64,000 bases of DNA from Candidatus Peregrinibacteria bacterium (GCA_016220165.1 JACRIE010000022.1:5456-69455), one strand, 5' to 3'. Numbered from the stretch's first letter, positions 42,804 through 52,610 are shown. Notes: generated from the sequence alone by a model not told the origin. Program-made: numbers and translations.

Positions 42804-44620
42804 AGTGGTGCATCTATTTTATATTCTTTTGTCTTCCCATTGCCAAAATCCAGGCCAATCGTAGCCTCAAGAATCTGATACGGCGCAACGCCATATTGAT
42901 GGAAATTCAATCCAGTTACCGTAAAACCGCTCGTCGCATAATCGAATTGAGAAATAGATCCCGGATCCAAATAGTTCAGACCACGAGAACTTCCTACACC
43001 GAAAGGAATAATCTGACCATCAAGACTGCTGGCCACATAGGCATCGGTGACTCCTGTAGGAAAATTCAAGCCAGTGTCTTTTACAACTTCGATCTTATCT
43101 TCAGCAGTACCAAGCACTCCATCCCCCTGGCGCAAGATAAAATACTGGGTCTGCACGATCGCGGGAGTCTGATCATAAATTTCCATTTTGACCGTATTGA
43201 ACAAATTCGGCAATGTGGCTGTACCGGGAATAAAATTCAAATGCCATTCAAAGGGGTCTTCGGCGAACTCTTTAAAAAGTCGAATAATCGTGCCTGCTGG
43301 ATAAGAATGAGTGGTTTCATTTTCAATAAAGTAGACATCGTTATTCTCTGGATGATCTACCCTAGCCCAAGGCGAGCCGCTGCCAATCTTGAGATATTCT
43401 CCATTAGCATTAAAAATATTTTCTCCTCCTTGTACCGTCACAAATCCCAAAGTACAAACTGGAGGACCTGAAGGCGCGGGATTAGTGCAATACGTAAGAC
43501 TCGTATCTTGAGACAATGTCGTGCTAAAATCCGAGGTCATGGCATTACCGGAAAAACGATAAATCGCTTTATGTAAATCATTAAGACCTTCCGTGATGTC
43601 GCTAATGCCTGCGCTGCCATCCGGAAACGTAAAAGTGACTTTTGATATGTACGTTGGATTATCCAAAGTGAACGCAAAGTCATAACTTAAAAGCGTCCCC
43701 GGATCACTCACTTTTAAAACTCGTCCGCTGCCGCTGTCTGCGATATAAAGGCTATTATCCTGAACCGAAAGACCTGTCGGCATATTGAGCTTGCAATAAA
43801 GCGCGGTATTATCGCAAGCAGTCGATTCTCCGCTACCCGCGATTGTCGTGACTTTTTTGTCAGCGATATTAATTTTTTTCACGAGATTATTCAGCGTATC
43901 TGCCACAAAAAGGGTTGGACTACTCCCAGTCGTACTATAGGCAATCCCCGTTGGAAAATTTAGACCGGAGGCAATCTCAGTAAACGTCGTTCCGGTTGCG
44001 TCAATTTTGACCACGCGGTTATTCCCGCTGTCCGTAACGTAAAAACTCGTCCCGTCCGTTATAATGTCCGTGGGCGCGCTGAGCCCGGAAGTAATCCAAT
44101 CGATGCAAGCGCCACTTTCACATTTCTGAACCTTATTTTCTAACGGGAACACCACGTAATAGATACTTCCATTCGCAACAAAACTCGAGGCATTCGTAAC
44201 GCCGGAAAGAACCTCCGTCTCATCCGATAATCGTTTAATCTTACCTGCACCCGAATCCAAATAATTCCCGTCTTTAATGCCATTAAAAATCATCAGATCC
44301 TTGAAAGCTAGTTGGGTGCCGCTTTTAGCAATATAGTTAAAGGAAACAACACCTTTTTCGTCGCTCTGGAACAAGATGTTGGAGGCGCTGGAGCCGCCTG
44401 GGAGAACCGTCTTCACGTGTCGCAATTTTTCACGAAAAATTTCCCCCGACGTAAACTGCTGTTGAGAAATTTGCGTCTGTTCCTGAGCCTGGAGCAGATT
44501 ATGAAACGTACTCGAAAAAAACGTGCTGAGTCCGAGCATGAGGATCGCCGTAATCGCAACGGAGACGATCAGTTCTACGAGGCTGAAGCCTTCCTTTAAT
44601 TTTAAATTTTCAATTTTCAA
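42800..44620 (-). CDS. Large minor pilin with NHL-repeat beta-propeller
   Basis: G|FSLVE; repeats LSAPTDI..YVTDSGNNRV, LNFPTGI..FVADTLNNLV, LNMPTGL..YIADSGSGRV. Confidence 0.8.
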   Translation of the reverse strand: MKIENLKLKEGFSLVELIVSVAITAILMLGLSTFFSSTFHNLLQAQEQTQISQQQFTSGEIFREKLRHVKTVLPGGSSASNILFQSDEKGVVSFNYIAKSGTQLAFKDLMIFNGIKDGNYLDSGAGKIKRLSDETEVLSGVTNASSFVANGSIYYVVFPLENKVQKCESGACIDWITSGLSAPTDIITDGTSFYVTDSGNNRVVKIDATGTTFTEIASGLNFPTGIAYSTTGSSPTLFVADTLNNLVKKINIADKKVTTIAGSGESTACDNTALYCKLNMPTGLSVQDNSLYIADSGSGRVLKVSDPGTLLSYDFAFTLDNPTYISKVTFTFPDGSAGISDITEGLNDLHKAIYRFSGNAMTSDFSTTLSQDTSLTYCTNPAPSGPPVCTLGFVTVQGGENIFNANGEYLKIGSGSPWARVDHPENNDVYFIENETTHSYPAGTIIRLFKEFAEDPFEWHLNFIPGTATLPNLFNTVKMEIYDQTPAIVQTQYFILRQGDGVLGTAEDKIEVVKDTGLNFPTGVTDAYVASSLDGQIIPFGVGSSRGLNYLDPGSISQFDYATSGFTVTGLNFHQYGVAPYQILEATIGLDFGNGKTKEYKIDAPL

Positions 44621-45063
44621 TTTTCAATTAATATGATCCGCTTCACGTCCACCGAATGCGGACCCGTATTGTCCGTCCATTCCACGCGCGACGTAACTTT
44701 ATAAGCACTCGTTAAACCGGTCCCGTCAGCGAGAATTAATCGTCTGAAAACACCTCCGATTAAAGGTTCTTGAGTATCTGCAAGGTTATAAGGCGCACTG
44801 GAAAGGTATTTCGTGCAAGGTGAATGGGCGCAAACAGGCTGAATAGCCGCGTATCCAAGCCCTTCCGCGATCTCAATACCCTGATTCGCCCAGAAATAAG
44901 CGTCCGACTCTTTTTCCGTCGTATTCGACAGCATCAGATTGCTCGTTTGGAGCTTTATGACGCCAAAAACAATGAGTGCCAAAAAAACCATGGCGAACAT
45001 GAGCTCGATGAGGCTGAAACCTTCTAGTGACAGGAGACGAGTGACGAGAAGTGAACGTTTCAT
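44617..45063 (-). CDS. PilV-like minor pilin
   Basis: G|FSLIELMFAMV; ATG 45063 preferred over 45114. Confidence 0.75.
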   Translation of the reverse strand: MKRSLLVTRLLSLEGFSLIELMFAMVFLALIVFGVIKLQTSNLMLSNTTEKESDAYFWANQGIEIAEGLGYAAIQPVCAHSPCTKYLSSAPYNLADTQEPLIGGVFRRLILADGTGLTSAYKVTSRVEWTDNTGPHSVDVKRIILIEN

Positions 45064-45128
45064 TTTTATTTTATATTCAGCCGCTATTATATCTCGTTCC
45101 TCGTCACTAGTCATTTGTCACTAAAACA

Positions 45129-45157
45129 TTGTAAAAACAGCCTTTTTTTGGTATAAT
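45129..45157 (+). promoter_or_regulatory. Putative sigma70 promoter for pilB
   Basis: TTGTAA-17-TATAAT. Confidence 0.6.
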
Positions 45158-45175
45158 ATTTAGATTCTTAAAAAA

Positions 45176-45253
45176 CACATGACAACTAACAACTGACACC
45201 TGACGTTGAAATGCATTTTATGGTCAATTGTCAGATGTCATATGTCAGATGTA
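45176..45253. repeat. Inverted TGACA/TGTCA heptamer arrays in the pilB 5' leader (empty version)
   Basis: tgacaac taacaac tgacacc tgac ... gtcaatt gtcagat gtcatat gtcagat gt; ATG at 45258. Confidence 0.88.
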
Positions 45254-45257
45254 AATT

Positions 45258-46487
45258 ATGTCTTTACTCGATACATTTCAAAAAAAGGAAAAAGAGGAAG
45301 GCCAACTGCCGACAACGGATTTCGATGACGAAAAAATTCCGGGCCTCGTGGATGAAATTTTCGCCGCGGCAATCAGCATACGGGCCAGCGATGTGCACTT
45401 CAAGCCCGTGGATGAGAAACTAAAAGTGTATTTTCGCGTGGATGGCGCGTTGCAGACCTTCCAGGAATTCGAAAAAATTTACCATCACCCCATCATCGCC
45501 CGTATTAAAATCATCTCGGGTCTCAAAATCGATGAACGCCGCTTGCCGCAGGATGGCAAAAGCAGTTTTGCCACTGAAGGAAAGGAGGTCGATCTGCGCG
45601 TCTCCGTTCTGCCCACGAGTTTTGGAGAAAAAGCCGTCATCCGTATTTTGGAAAAAAATCCGGAAATGATCAATCTTCGGGACTTGGGAATGTTGCCGAA
45701 TATCCTGCTCCGAATCGAAAAACATCTAAAAGCCACTTACGGTATGATTATGGCCGTGGGCCCAACCGGAAGCGGAAAATCGACCTCGCTCTTTTCCATG
45801 ATTTCGACGTTTGACGCGACCAAGGTCAACATTTCGACTCTGGAAGATCCCATCGAATACAAAATCCCCAACGTGACGCAGACACAAATCAACACGGACA
45901 TCGGATTTGACTTCTCCGACGGATTGCGCACGCTCGTCCGCCAGGACCCCGATATCATCATGGTCGGTGAAATCCGCGACAAAAAAACAGCCTCGCTGGC
46001 GATCGAATCCGCGCTGACCGGCCACCTGGTCTTTTCCACGCTTCACACGAATACGGCCGTGGGAAGCATCCAGCGCCTCCTCAACATGGAAATCGACCGC
46101 TTCCTGATCTCAACCGCGATCAAACTGATCATCTCTCAGCGACTGGTGCGCAAGGTGTGCAGTTATTGCCGCGAACCCTATGCCGTGCCGTCCAAGTACC
46201 ACGAGCTGTTGCAACGGGAGACCGGCATGGATCCGGCGAAAGCCTTCTTTTATAGAGCCAAAGGCTGTGAGCGCTGCCACAACATCGGCTACCACGGCCG
46301 TATCGGACTTTTTGAAGTTTTGGAAATGTCGCCCGTGATCGAAGAGATGATCGTGAAAGGCGTCACAAACCAGGAAATCGAAGCGCAAGCCGCGAAAGAA
46401 GGCATGATTCTCCTCAAAAAAGACGCGCTCTACAAAGCGGCCACTGGAGACATTACGATTGAAGAAGCGATTAAGGTTATGACGTAG
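45258..46487 (+). CDS. pilB: Type IV pilus assembly ATPase PilB/GspE
   Basis: ASDVH, RLPQDG, GPTGSGKS, EDPIE, RQDPD, TGHLVFSTLH, CxxC pairs. Confidence 0.93.
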   Translation: MSLLDTFQKKEKEEGQLPTTDFDDEKIPGLVDEIFAAAISIRASDVHFKPVDEKLKVYFRVDGALQTFQEFEKIYHHPIIARIKIISGLKIDERRLPQDGKSSFATEGKEVDLRVSVLPTSFGEKAVIRILEKNPEMINLRDLGMLPNILLRIEKHLKATYGMIMAVGPTGSGKSTSLFSMISTFDATKVNISTLEDPIEYKIPNVTQTQINTDIGFDFSDGLRTLVRQDPDIIMVGEIRDKKTASLAIESALTGHLVFSTLHTNTAVGSIQRLLNMEIDRFLISTAIKLIISQRLVRKVCSYCREPYAVPSKYHELLQRETGMDPAKAFFYRAKGCERCHNIGYHGRIGLFEVLEMSPVIEEMIVKGVTNQEIEAQAAKEGMILLKKDALYKAATGDITIEEAIKVMT

Positions 46488-46497
46488 GCTGCACCTA

Positions 46498-46980
46498 ACA
46501 TTTGACAACTGACATTTGACAATTGACCGAATAACCGATGAAAAAATTTCGCTTCAGAGAATTTCAGGTCTATAGAGATTCAAGAAAATTTAGTAGTAAA
46601 AATTTAAAATCTTTAACAAGGATTAAATTTCCTAAGGAGGAACAATTCTGCCTCACTTCACAGCTCTGGAGAGCTTTGGATTCAATAATATTAAATATCG
46701 CAGAAGGTTCCGATCGAGGTACGGACAAAGATTTCGCGCATTTTTTAAATACTTCACACACTTCTCTTAATGAAGTTGTCGCGTGTCTGGATGTCGCCTT
46801 AGATAGCAAATATCTTACAGAAAAAGAACATGATGAATGTCTTAAGGAATCAGAATTATTAGGAAATCAATTAACAGCATTCCGAAAAAGACTTCTGGAT
46901 AATCCAACCAAATAGGAACTATGCCAAAAGTTAAAAGCCAGATATCAACGGTCAATTGTCAAATGTCAAAAGTCAAATGT
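46498..46980. mobile_element. Second four-helix-bundle cassette bounded by 32-bp inverted TGACA arms
   Basis: 46498-46529 versus 46949-46980: 29/32 complementary; mobility is inferred only. Confidence 0.6.
46538..46915 (+). CDS. Four-helix-bundle protein (TIGR02436 / IVS protein / Avd-like)
   Basis: FREFQVY...FPKEEQFCLTSQLWRALDSIILNIAEG...SLNEV. Confidence 0.92.
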   Translation: MKKFRFREFQVYRDSRKFSSKNLKSLTRIKFPKEEQFCLTSQLWRALDSIILNIAEGSDRGTDKDFAHFLNTSHTSLNEVVACLDVALDSKYLTEKEHDECLKESELLGNQLTAFRKRLLDNPTK

Positions 46981-47607
46981 GCGAACGGTTTTTCGCTCGT
47001 TGAACTCCTGATCGCCGTCGCCATCATCGCGATCATCAGCGTGGGATCTATGGCGAGTTTTAGCTTGGTCGGAGACATCGTTCGCGTAAAACAGGGCGCG
47101 GGACTCATCCAGGACATCATTCATCAAATGGATGGACAAGCGCTTCGTGGCGAGTATCAAAAAATGACAGTTCATTTTTTAACGAATTATTTAGTAATTG
47201 AGTATGAGCCAAAAGGCCTGGAATCCAATCTCTTAAAATGGGATTCAAATAACATCACGGCAACTCAAGGCGGGAATCTTTATAAATCGGATAGCGCTGG
47301 AAGACAGATTAGTATTAATGTGGTGCCTGCGGGATCGGTTCAAAACCTCGATACAAATTTTCGAAATGCGAAAGAAGATGGTTGGCAATTTCAACTCAAA
47401 AATGGCAATCAATTTTCTGAAATCATTGCTCTGCGCCATTTCAACGTAAACCGCGACAGTCAGCAGACAAACCTACTGAGTCTCGATCCAAATACGGTCA
47501 TTTTAACTGTGGAGGCGCCTTATGCAAAACATAGCGTCTCCGGCGGAAACACCCTGAAAATGCATGACGCCAAAGCAAACAAAGAAGAAACCATTGAAAT
47601 AAAATAA
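46963..47607 (+). CDS. Prepilin-type protein
   Basis: MSKVKCANG|FSLVELLIAV; alternative in-frame ATG at 46921. Confidence 0.8.
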   Translation: MSKVKCANGFSLVELLIAVAIIAIISVGSMASFSLVGDIVRVKQGAGLIQDIIHQMDGQALRGEYQKMTVHFLTNYLVIEYEPKGLESNLLKWDSNNITATQGGNLYKSDSAGRQISINVVPAGSVQNLDTNFRNAKEDGWQFQLKNGNQFSEIIALRHFNVNRDSQQTNLLSLDPNTVILTVEAPYAKHSVSGGNTLKMHDAKANKEETIEIK

Positions 47608-47669
47608 GGATTTTAATTGGTTATTCATTCTCTTTTGTAATAAAATAATGAAGCTTTTTTGAGCTACAA

Positions 47670-48113
47670 ATGAAAATTCTAATCATCTACGGCACCACAG
47701 GCGGAAATACAGAAATGGCCGCGGAACAAGTGGCGGACGTGTTGCGTAAAAACGGTCATACAGTGGAACTAAAGCGCGTGGAAAAAAGCACGCCGCAGGA
47801 CGCGACATCAGCGGATCTCTGTATCCTCGCCTGCCCCACCTACGGCCACGGCGTTCTTCAGGAGCATTTTGTGCCATTCCATGCCGCCTTGAAACAAGCG
47901 GATTTGAAGGGAAAAAAGTATGCGGTTATCGGACTGGGAGATCCAAAATACGACGCCCAATATCACGTGGAATCGGCGACCATTATAGAAGAAGCGATCA
48001 AGGGGGCAGGCGGTGAACTCGTCTGTCCAGCCCTCAAAATCAGTCGCTCCCCTGTCCCATTCCTCGACACGCTCATTCAAAAATGGGCCGAAGGACTTTC
48101 TAAACTATTATGA
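47670..48113 (+). CDS. Flavodoxin
   Basis: YGTTGGNTE, PTYGHG, GLGD. Confidence 0.92.
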   Translation: MKILIIYGTTGGNTEMAAEQVADVLRKNGHTVELKRVEKSTPQDATSADLCILACPTYGHGVLQEHFVPFHAALKQADLKGKKYAVIGLGDPKYDAQYHVESATIIEEAIKGAGGELVCPALKISRSPVPFLDTLIQKWAEGLSKLL

Positions 48114-49855
48114 AACGAACCGTTATTAAAGTCGCAGGCGAAAGCGGTATGGGTCTCCTCAGTGTGGGGAATATCGTCTCGAAAGCCCTCAAGGGAATGG
48201 GGTTCTATGTCGTATCCGACCGCGAATACCCTTCGCTCATCAAAGGCGGCCACTCCAATCTTCAAATCGACTTCAGCGCCGAACCGCTCCACTCGCTGAG
48301 CAAATCGGTTGATTTCGTGATCGCCTTGGATCGGCCGGGATTAGTGGAATACATGAATATCGTGAAACCCGGCGGCGTATTGATCCACGGATTCGAGCGT
48401 CATCAGAGCATCCCAAATCTGGAAACGCGGGCCAAAGAGCGCGGCATTCACATGATCTACCTTCCAGCGCGCACGCTCGCCTACTCGCTCGGCGGCACGG
48501 AATTGATGGCGAACATGGTTCTTTTAGGACTTTTGTGGCGCCTCTTGGGATTCGATCTAAAACCATTAGAAACAGGGATTGAAAAACAGTTCGCGAATAA
48601 GCCGAAATTGCTCACAATCGATCTTCAATGCGTCCGCGTCGGATTTTCCGCCCAAGAAGGGAACGGGGGTTTTGTAGGGGCGTGCCATGGCGCGCCCACC
48701 CAAACCCCCGACACCATCCTCGTCAACGGCAACCAGGCGATCACGCTCGGCGCGATCCAGGCGGGCGTGCGCGCGTACTACGCCTATCCCATGAGCCCCG
48801 CGAGCTCGATCCTGACATACATGGCCGAATACGCGCGTGAAACAGGCCTGCTCGTGAAACAGGCCGAAGATGAGATCACAGCGGCGCAAATGGCCGTGGG
48901 ATCGATGTTCATGGGCACGCGGGCCCTCGTCGCCACCTCCGGTGGCGGCTACGATTTGATGACGGAAACCGTATCGCTCGCGGGCATGATCGAGACGCCG
49001 CTCGTGATCGTCATTGCCCAGCGGCCGGGGCCTGCTACCGGGCTTCCCACATGGAGCGCGCAAGCCGATCTGAATCTGGCCATCCATTCCGGCCATGGCG
49101 AATTCGCGCGCGTGGTCATCGGCGTCAGCGATCCCGCGTCGTGCTACGAATTGATCCAGCACGCCATGAATTATGCGGATGAATTCCAGACGGCCGTGAT
49201 CGTACTCACGGAAAAAACCATCTGCGAAATGCAGACGACCGTGCCGCCGTTTGAAGAAGGAAAAATTCCAATTAAGCGCGGTTTATTGGTAACAGACCCG
49301 AAAGAGCTCGAAACTCTCAAAGCTTCAGACCGTTTTAAAATCACGGAAAACGGGCTATCGAAACGATGGATTCCGGGAAGTGGCAAAACTTGGTTCTATG
49401 GCAACGGCGACGAGCACAAAGAAGACGGCGTGCTCACGGAAGAGGGCGCCGAAGTGAGCGCCATGATCGCGAAACGCATGAAAAAAATGGAGACGATCGA
49501 AAAAGCGCTCCCTGAACCAACAATCCACGGAGTTAAAAAGGGCGCCGCCATTTCATTTGTCGGCTGGGGTAGTAGCAAAAACGCCGTGCTCGACGCAATT
49601 CAAAACTGCAAAGAAAAAGGAATAACCGTAAATTATCTCCATTTCGATTACCTTTGGCCGTTCAAAACAGCCACGCTCACGCAGTTCTTCAGAGACAACC
49701 AAAACGTCCACCTGATCGAAGGAAACTATCAGGGCCAACTCGGCAACTTGATTGAAGCCTTACCCAATCTACGCTTCAAAGGCCGCCTTCTCCAATGGAA
49801 CGGCCGCCCGTTTTGTATGGAAGACGTCACCGATTACATATCTCGTCACTCGTAA
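48110..49855 (+). CDS. korA: 2-oxoacid:ferredoxin oxidoreductase alpha subunit
   Basis: GESGMG, IKGGHS, YPMSP, QAEDE, TSGGG, QRPGPATG. Confidence 0.9.
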   Translation: MKRTVIKVAGESGMGLLSVGNIVSKALKGMGFYVVSDREYPSLIKGGHSNLQIDFSAEPLHSLSKSVDFVIALDRPGLVEYMNIVKPGGVLIHGFERHQSIPNLETRAKERGIHMIYLPARTLAYSLGGTELMANMVLLGLLWRLLGFDLKPLETGIEKQFANKPKLLTIDLQCVRVGFSAQEGNGGFVGACHGAPTQTPDTILVNGNQAITLGAIQAGVRAYYAYPMSPASSILTYMAEYARETGLLVKQAEDEITAAQMAVGSMFMGTRALVATSGGGYDLMTETVSLAGMIETPLVIVIAQRPGPATGLPTWSAQADLNLAIHSGHGEFARVVIGVSDPASCYELIQHAMNYADEFQTAVIVLTEKTICEMQTTVPPFEEGKIPIKRGLLVTDPKELETLKASDRFKITENGLSKRWIPGSGKTWFYGNGDEHKEDGVLTEEGAEVSAMIAKRMKKMETIEKALPEPTIHGVKKGAAISFVGWGSSKNAVLDAIQNCKEKGITVNYLHFDYLWPFKTATLTQFFRDNQNVHLIEGNYQGQLGNLIEALPNLRFKGRLLQWNGRPFCMEDVTDYISRHS

Positions 49856-49865
49856 CTCGTCACTC

Positions 49866-50783
49866 ATGTCCTGTCCCAACAATCAATCATCGTACCTTCG
49901 CGAACTCGCGGCCAAAAAAAAGGACTTCATGGCCTATGAATCCACGGAAGTCATGACGTGGTGCAGCGGCTGTGGCGACTACGGAATCCAAAAAGCATTG
50001 GAGCGCGCGCTCGTGCTCGAAGGAATCAAACCGCATGAAACGCTCCTCTGTTTCGACATCGGTTGCAACGGCAACGGCGCCGACAAAATCAACGGTTACA
50101 CGCTTCACGGCCTCCACGGCCGCGTGGTGAGCGTCGCGGCCGGCGCGTGCCTTGCCAACCCGAAAATAAAAGTCATCGCCGAAGGCGGCGACGGCGGCAC
50201 GTTTAGCGAAGGCATCAACCATCTCGTCCACTCTGTTCGCAGCAACTATCCCATGGTTTTCATCCTGCACAACAACGAGAATTACGGCCTCACCATTGGC
50301 CAAGCATCCGCTCTGACGCGCAAAGGGCAGGCCATGAACGGCACGCCTGATGGAGTGGTACTGCAACCCATGAACACCTGCCAATTTGTGTTAGGACTGA
50401 ACCCGACCTTCGTGGCGCGAGGATTCAGTAGCGACGTAAAACACATGACCGAAATCATTCGCGCGGGTCTGCGTCACAAAGGGTTCGCTTTCATCGAAAT
50501 CATGCAGTTGTGTCCCACATTTAATAAAGTCACGTCCGCAAAGTGGTTTTGGGATCGCGTGCGCTATACAGACCAACAAAAAAATTACGACCCGACCAAT
50601 CTCAAAAGGGCCCGTGAAGCGTCTGAAGATCTTGAAAAAGAGATCATGCTCGGCGTCTTGTATCAGGACAAATCGCGACCGAGCTTCCCTGAGCTCTTTG
50701 AGTCCCGAAAAGGCATTACGACCTCTTTGTCCGAAGAAGTTAGGCCTTATTCCATAAAAGAATTAATTAAAAACTTAAAATAA
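49866..50783 (+). CDS. korB: 2-oxoacid:ferredoxin oxidoreductase beta subunit
   Basis: WCSGCG, IGC, LHGR, GGDG, NNENYGLT; ATG 49866 ends a CTCGTCA array. Confidence 0.9.
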   Translation: MSCPNNQSSYLRELAAKKKDFMAYESTEVMTWCSGCGDYGIQKALERALVLEGIKPHETLLCFDIGCNGNGADKINGYTLHGLHGRVVSVAAGACLANPKIKVIAEGGDGGTFSEGINHLVHSVRSNYPMVFILHNNENYGLTIGQASALTRKGQAMNGTPDGVVLQPMNTCQFVLGLNPTFVARGFSSDVKHMTEIIRAGLRHKGFAFIEIMQLCPTFNKVTSAKWFWDRVRYTDQQKNYDPTNLKRAREASEDLEKEIMLGVLYQDKSRPSFPELFESRKGITTSLSEEVRPYSIKELIKNLK

Positions 50784-50791
50784 AAGATCAT

Positions 50792-51376
50792 ATGTCTCAT
50801 CAAATCAAAGATTTTAGCCATCTCATAGGCAAGCTCGAAGGTCTGAGCGCGCCTCAAATTGAAGCCCATCTGGGTCTTTACGCAGGCTACATTAAAAAAC
50901 TCAACGAAATCGAAGGAAAACTCGCCAAGGCGGACCGTAGTCTTGCCAATTACTCCTTCGGCGAGTACAGCGAACTCAAGCGCCGGGAAGTCGTCGCCTT
51001 CAACGGCGCCTATCTGCACCAGGCGTATTTCGAAAACCTGAGTGGCGGCAACCGCGGCAAAAGATCCGAGGCATTTGAGGAGGCAGTCATCGCCTCGTTC
51101 GGCTCCGTCGAGGATTACCTCAAAGACCTCAAGGCCTCCGGAATCTCAACCCCCGGTTGGGTGCTCACCACCAAGAATAAAGTGGACGGCATGCTCCACA
51201 ACTACATCCTATTCGAGCACCACATCGGCTTGCCCGCCTATCAAGACATCGTCCTCGCGCTCGACTGCTGGGAGCATGCTTACATGATTGACTACGGAAC
51301 CAAAAAAGCGGATTATCTGGAAACCTTCCTCTTAAATACTGACTGGAACGTGGTGAATAAACGGTTTAAAAATTAA
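50792..51376 (+). CDS. Fe/Mn superoxide dismutase family
   Basis: H..LY.GY, NGAYLH..YF, DCWEHAY. Confidence 0.9.
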   Translation: MSHQIKDFSHLIGKLEGLSAPQIEAHLGLYAGYIKKLNEIEGKLAKADRSLANYSFGEYSELKRREVVAFNGAYLHQAYFENLSGGNRGKRSEAFEEAVIASFGSVEDYLKDLKASGISTPGWVLTTKNKVDGMLHNYILFEHHIGLPAYQDIVLALDCWEHAYMIDYGTKKADYLETFLLNTDWNVVNKRFKN

Positions 51377-51381
51377 TTGAA

Positions 51382-52506
51382 ATGGACGACCTCTACAAAA
51401 TTCTCGGCGTCGATAAAAAGACGGACGTATCGGAAATCAAGCGCGCCTATCGCAAACTGGCGCAAAAATATCATCCGGACGTCAGCGGCAAAAAGGACGC
51501 GGAGACCGAAAAAAAATTTAAAGAAATCAACCAGGCCTATGAAGTCCTGAGCGATCCGCAAAAACGCGCCCAATACGACCAGTTTGGCTCCGTGGGCAAC
51601 GGCCCGGCGGGCCCGGGAGGGTTCGATTTCAATGGATTTGATTTCGGAAATTTCAACGGCGCGTTCGATTTCGGAAGTTCTTTCGGCGACATTTTCAGCT
51701 CAGTTTTCGGAAGAGGAACACGGAGGGGGTCGGCCGGCCCGGAACGCGGGGACGACATTGAAATCGCGATCAACGTCTCATTCGAAGAGTCCGTGCAGGG
51801 AACCGAAAAACCCATCGAATACTCCCGCCTCATTCTCTGCGCACACTGCAAAGGAAAAGGCGCTGAGCCCGGAAGTAAGATCGTGACCTGCCACACGTGC
51901 CAGGGCACGGGCCAACAGATACGTGTTCAACGCACGCCGTTGGGGCAAATCCAAACCGCCACCGTCTGCAGAACATGCGAAGGAAGCGGAGAAAAAGCCG
52001 ACAAAAAATGTGCCAAGTGCCACGGCGAAGGAAGAACCCATGAACGCAATCGGATCACCGTGAGGATCCCAGCCGGAATTTTTGACAAAGCCGCCATCCG
52101 CCTCAACGGAAAAGGAGAAATCGGTCGCCAAGGGGGCGAACCGGGAGACCTTTACGTACACATCAAAGTCACTCCAAGCCGTGAATTTGAACGAGTAAAA
52201 GACGACATCCATACCACGCGAAAAATTCACGTGCTTCAGGCGATTTTGGGAGACGAAATTCAGGTAAAAACCATTCACGGGGACGCCGCGCTTAAGATCC
52301 CGGCGGGGACGCCCGGCGGCAAAGTGTTCGAACTTAAAGGATATGGCGTTCCCAAGGTCGGCGCCGGCACGAAAGGCGATCATTTTATAAAAATAGATGT
52401 AGAAATCCCGACGAAGCTCTCTAAAAAAGACCGCGAGCTCTACGAACAGCTGGCAAAAGACGCGAAACTAAATATCAAACCGCAATCCAAAGGATTCTTT
52501 AATTAA
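51382..52506 (+). CDS. dnaJ: Chaperone DnaJ
   Basis: HPD motif, G/F region, four CxxCxGxG repeats. Confidence 0.97.
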   Translation: MDDLYKILGVDKKTDVSEIKRAYRKLAQKYHPDVSGKKDAETEKKFKEINQAYEVLSDPQKRAQYDQFGSVGNGPAGPGGFDFNGFDFGNFNGAFDFGSSFGDIFSSVFGRGTRRGSAGPERGDDIEIAINVSFEESVQGTEKPIEYSRLILCAHCKGKGAEPGSKIVTCHTCQGTGQQIRVQRTPLGQIQTATVCRTCEGSGEKADKKCAKCHGEGRTHERNRITVRIPAGIFDKAAIRLNGKGEIGRQGGEPGDLYVHIKVTPSREFERVKDDIHTTRKIHVLQAILGDEIQVKTIHGDAALKIPAGTPGGKVFELKGYGVPKVGAGTKGDHFIKIDVEIPTKLSKKDRELYEQLAKDAKLNIKPQSKGFFN

Positions 52507-52608
52507 TTCGGATGGCGGCTCGTATCGTAGCTCGTATTGTGGGTCGAATTGTATTGTAGACGACCATCCGAGCCACTATTCGAGCCGCCATCCGAGTCGC
52601 AATACGAA
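52507..52608 (+). repeat. About 100-bp hairpin element of inverted 12-mers, copy 1
   Basis: ttcggatggcgg ctcgtatcgtag ctcgtattgtgg ... cgaccatccgag ccactattcgag ccgccatccgag tcgcaatacgaa. Confidence 0.9.
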
Positions 52609-52610
52609 AT

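Noticed and set aside
49752-49865. Extended korB N-terminus from the ORF track
   Set aside because: It overlaps korA and uses an ATT start; ATG 49866 is more plausible.
52507-52608. CRISPR array
   Set aside because: Units are contiguous 7- or 12-mers in inverted arms with no unique spacers, and there are no cas genes.
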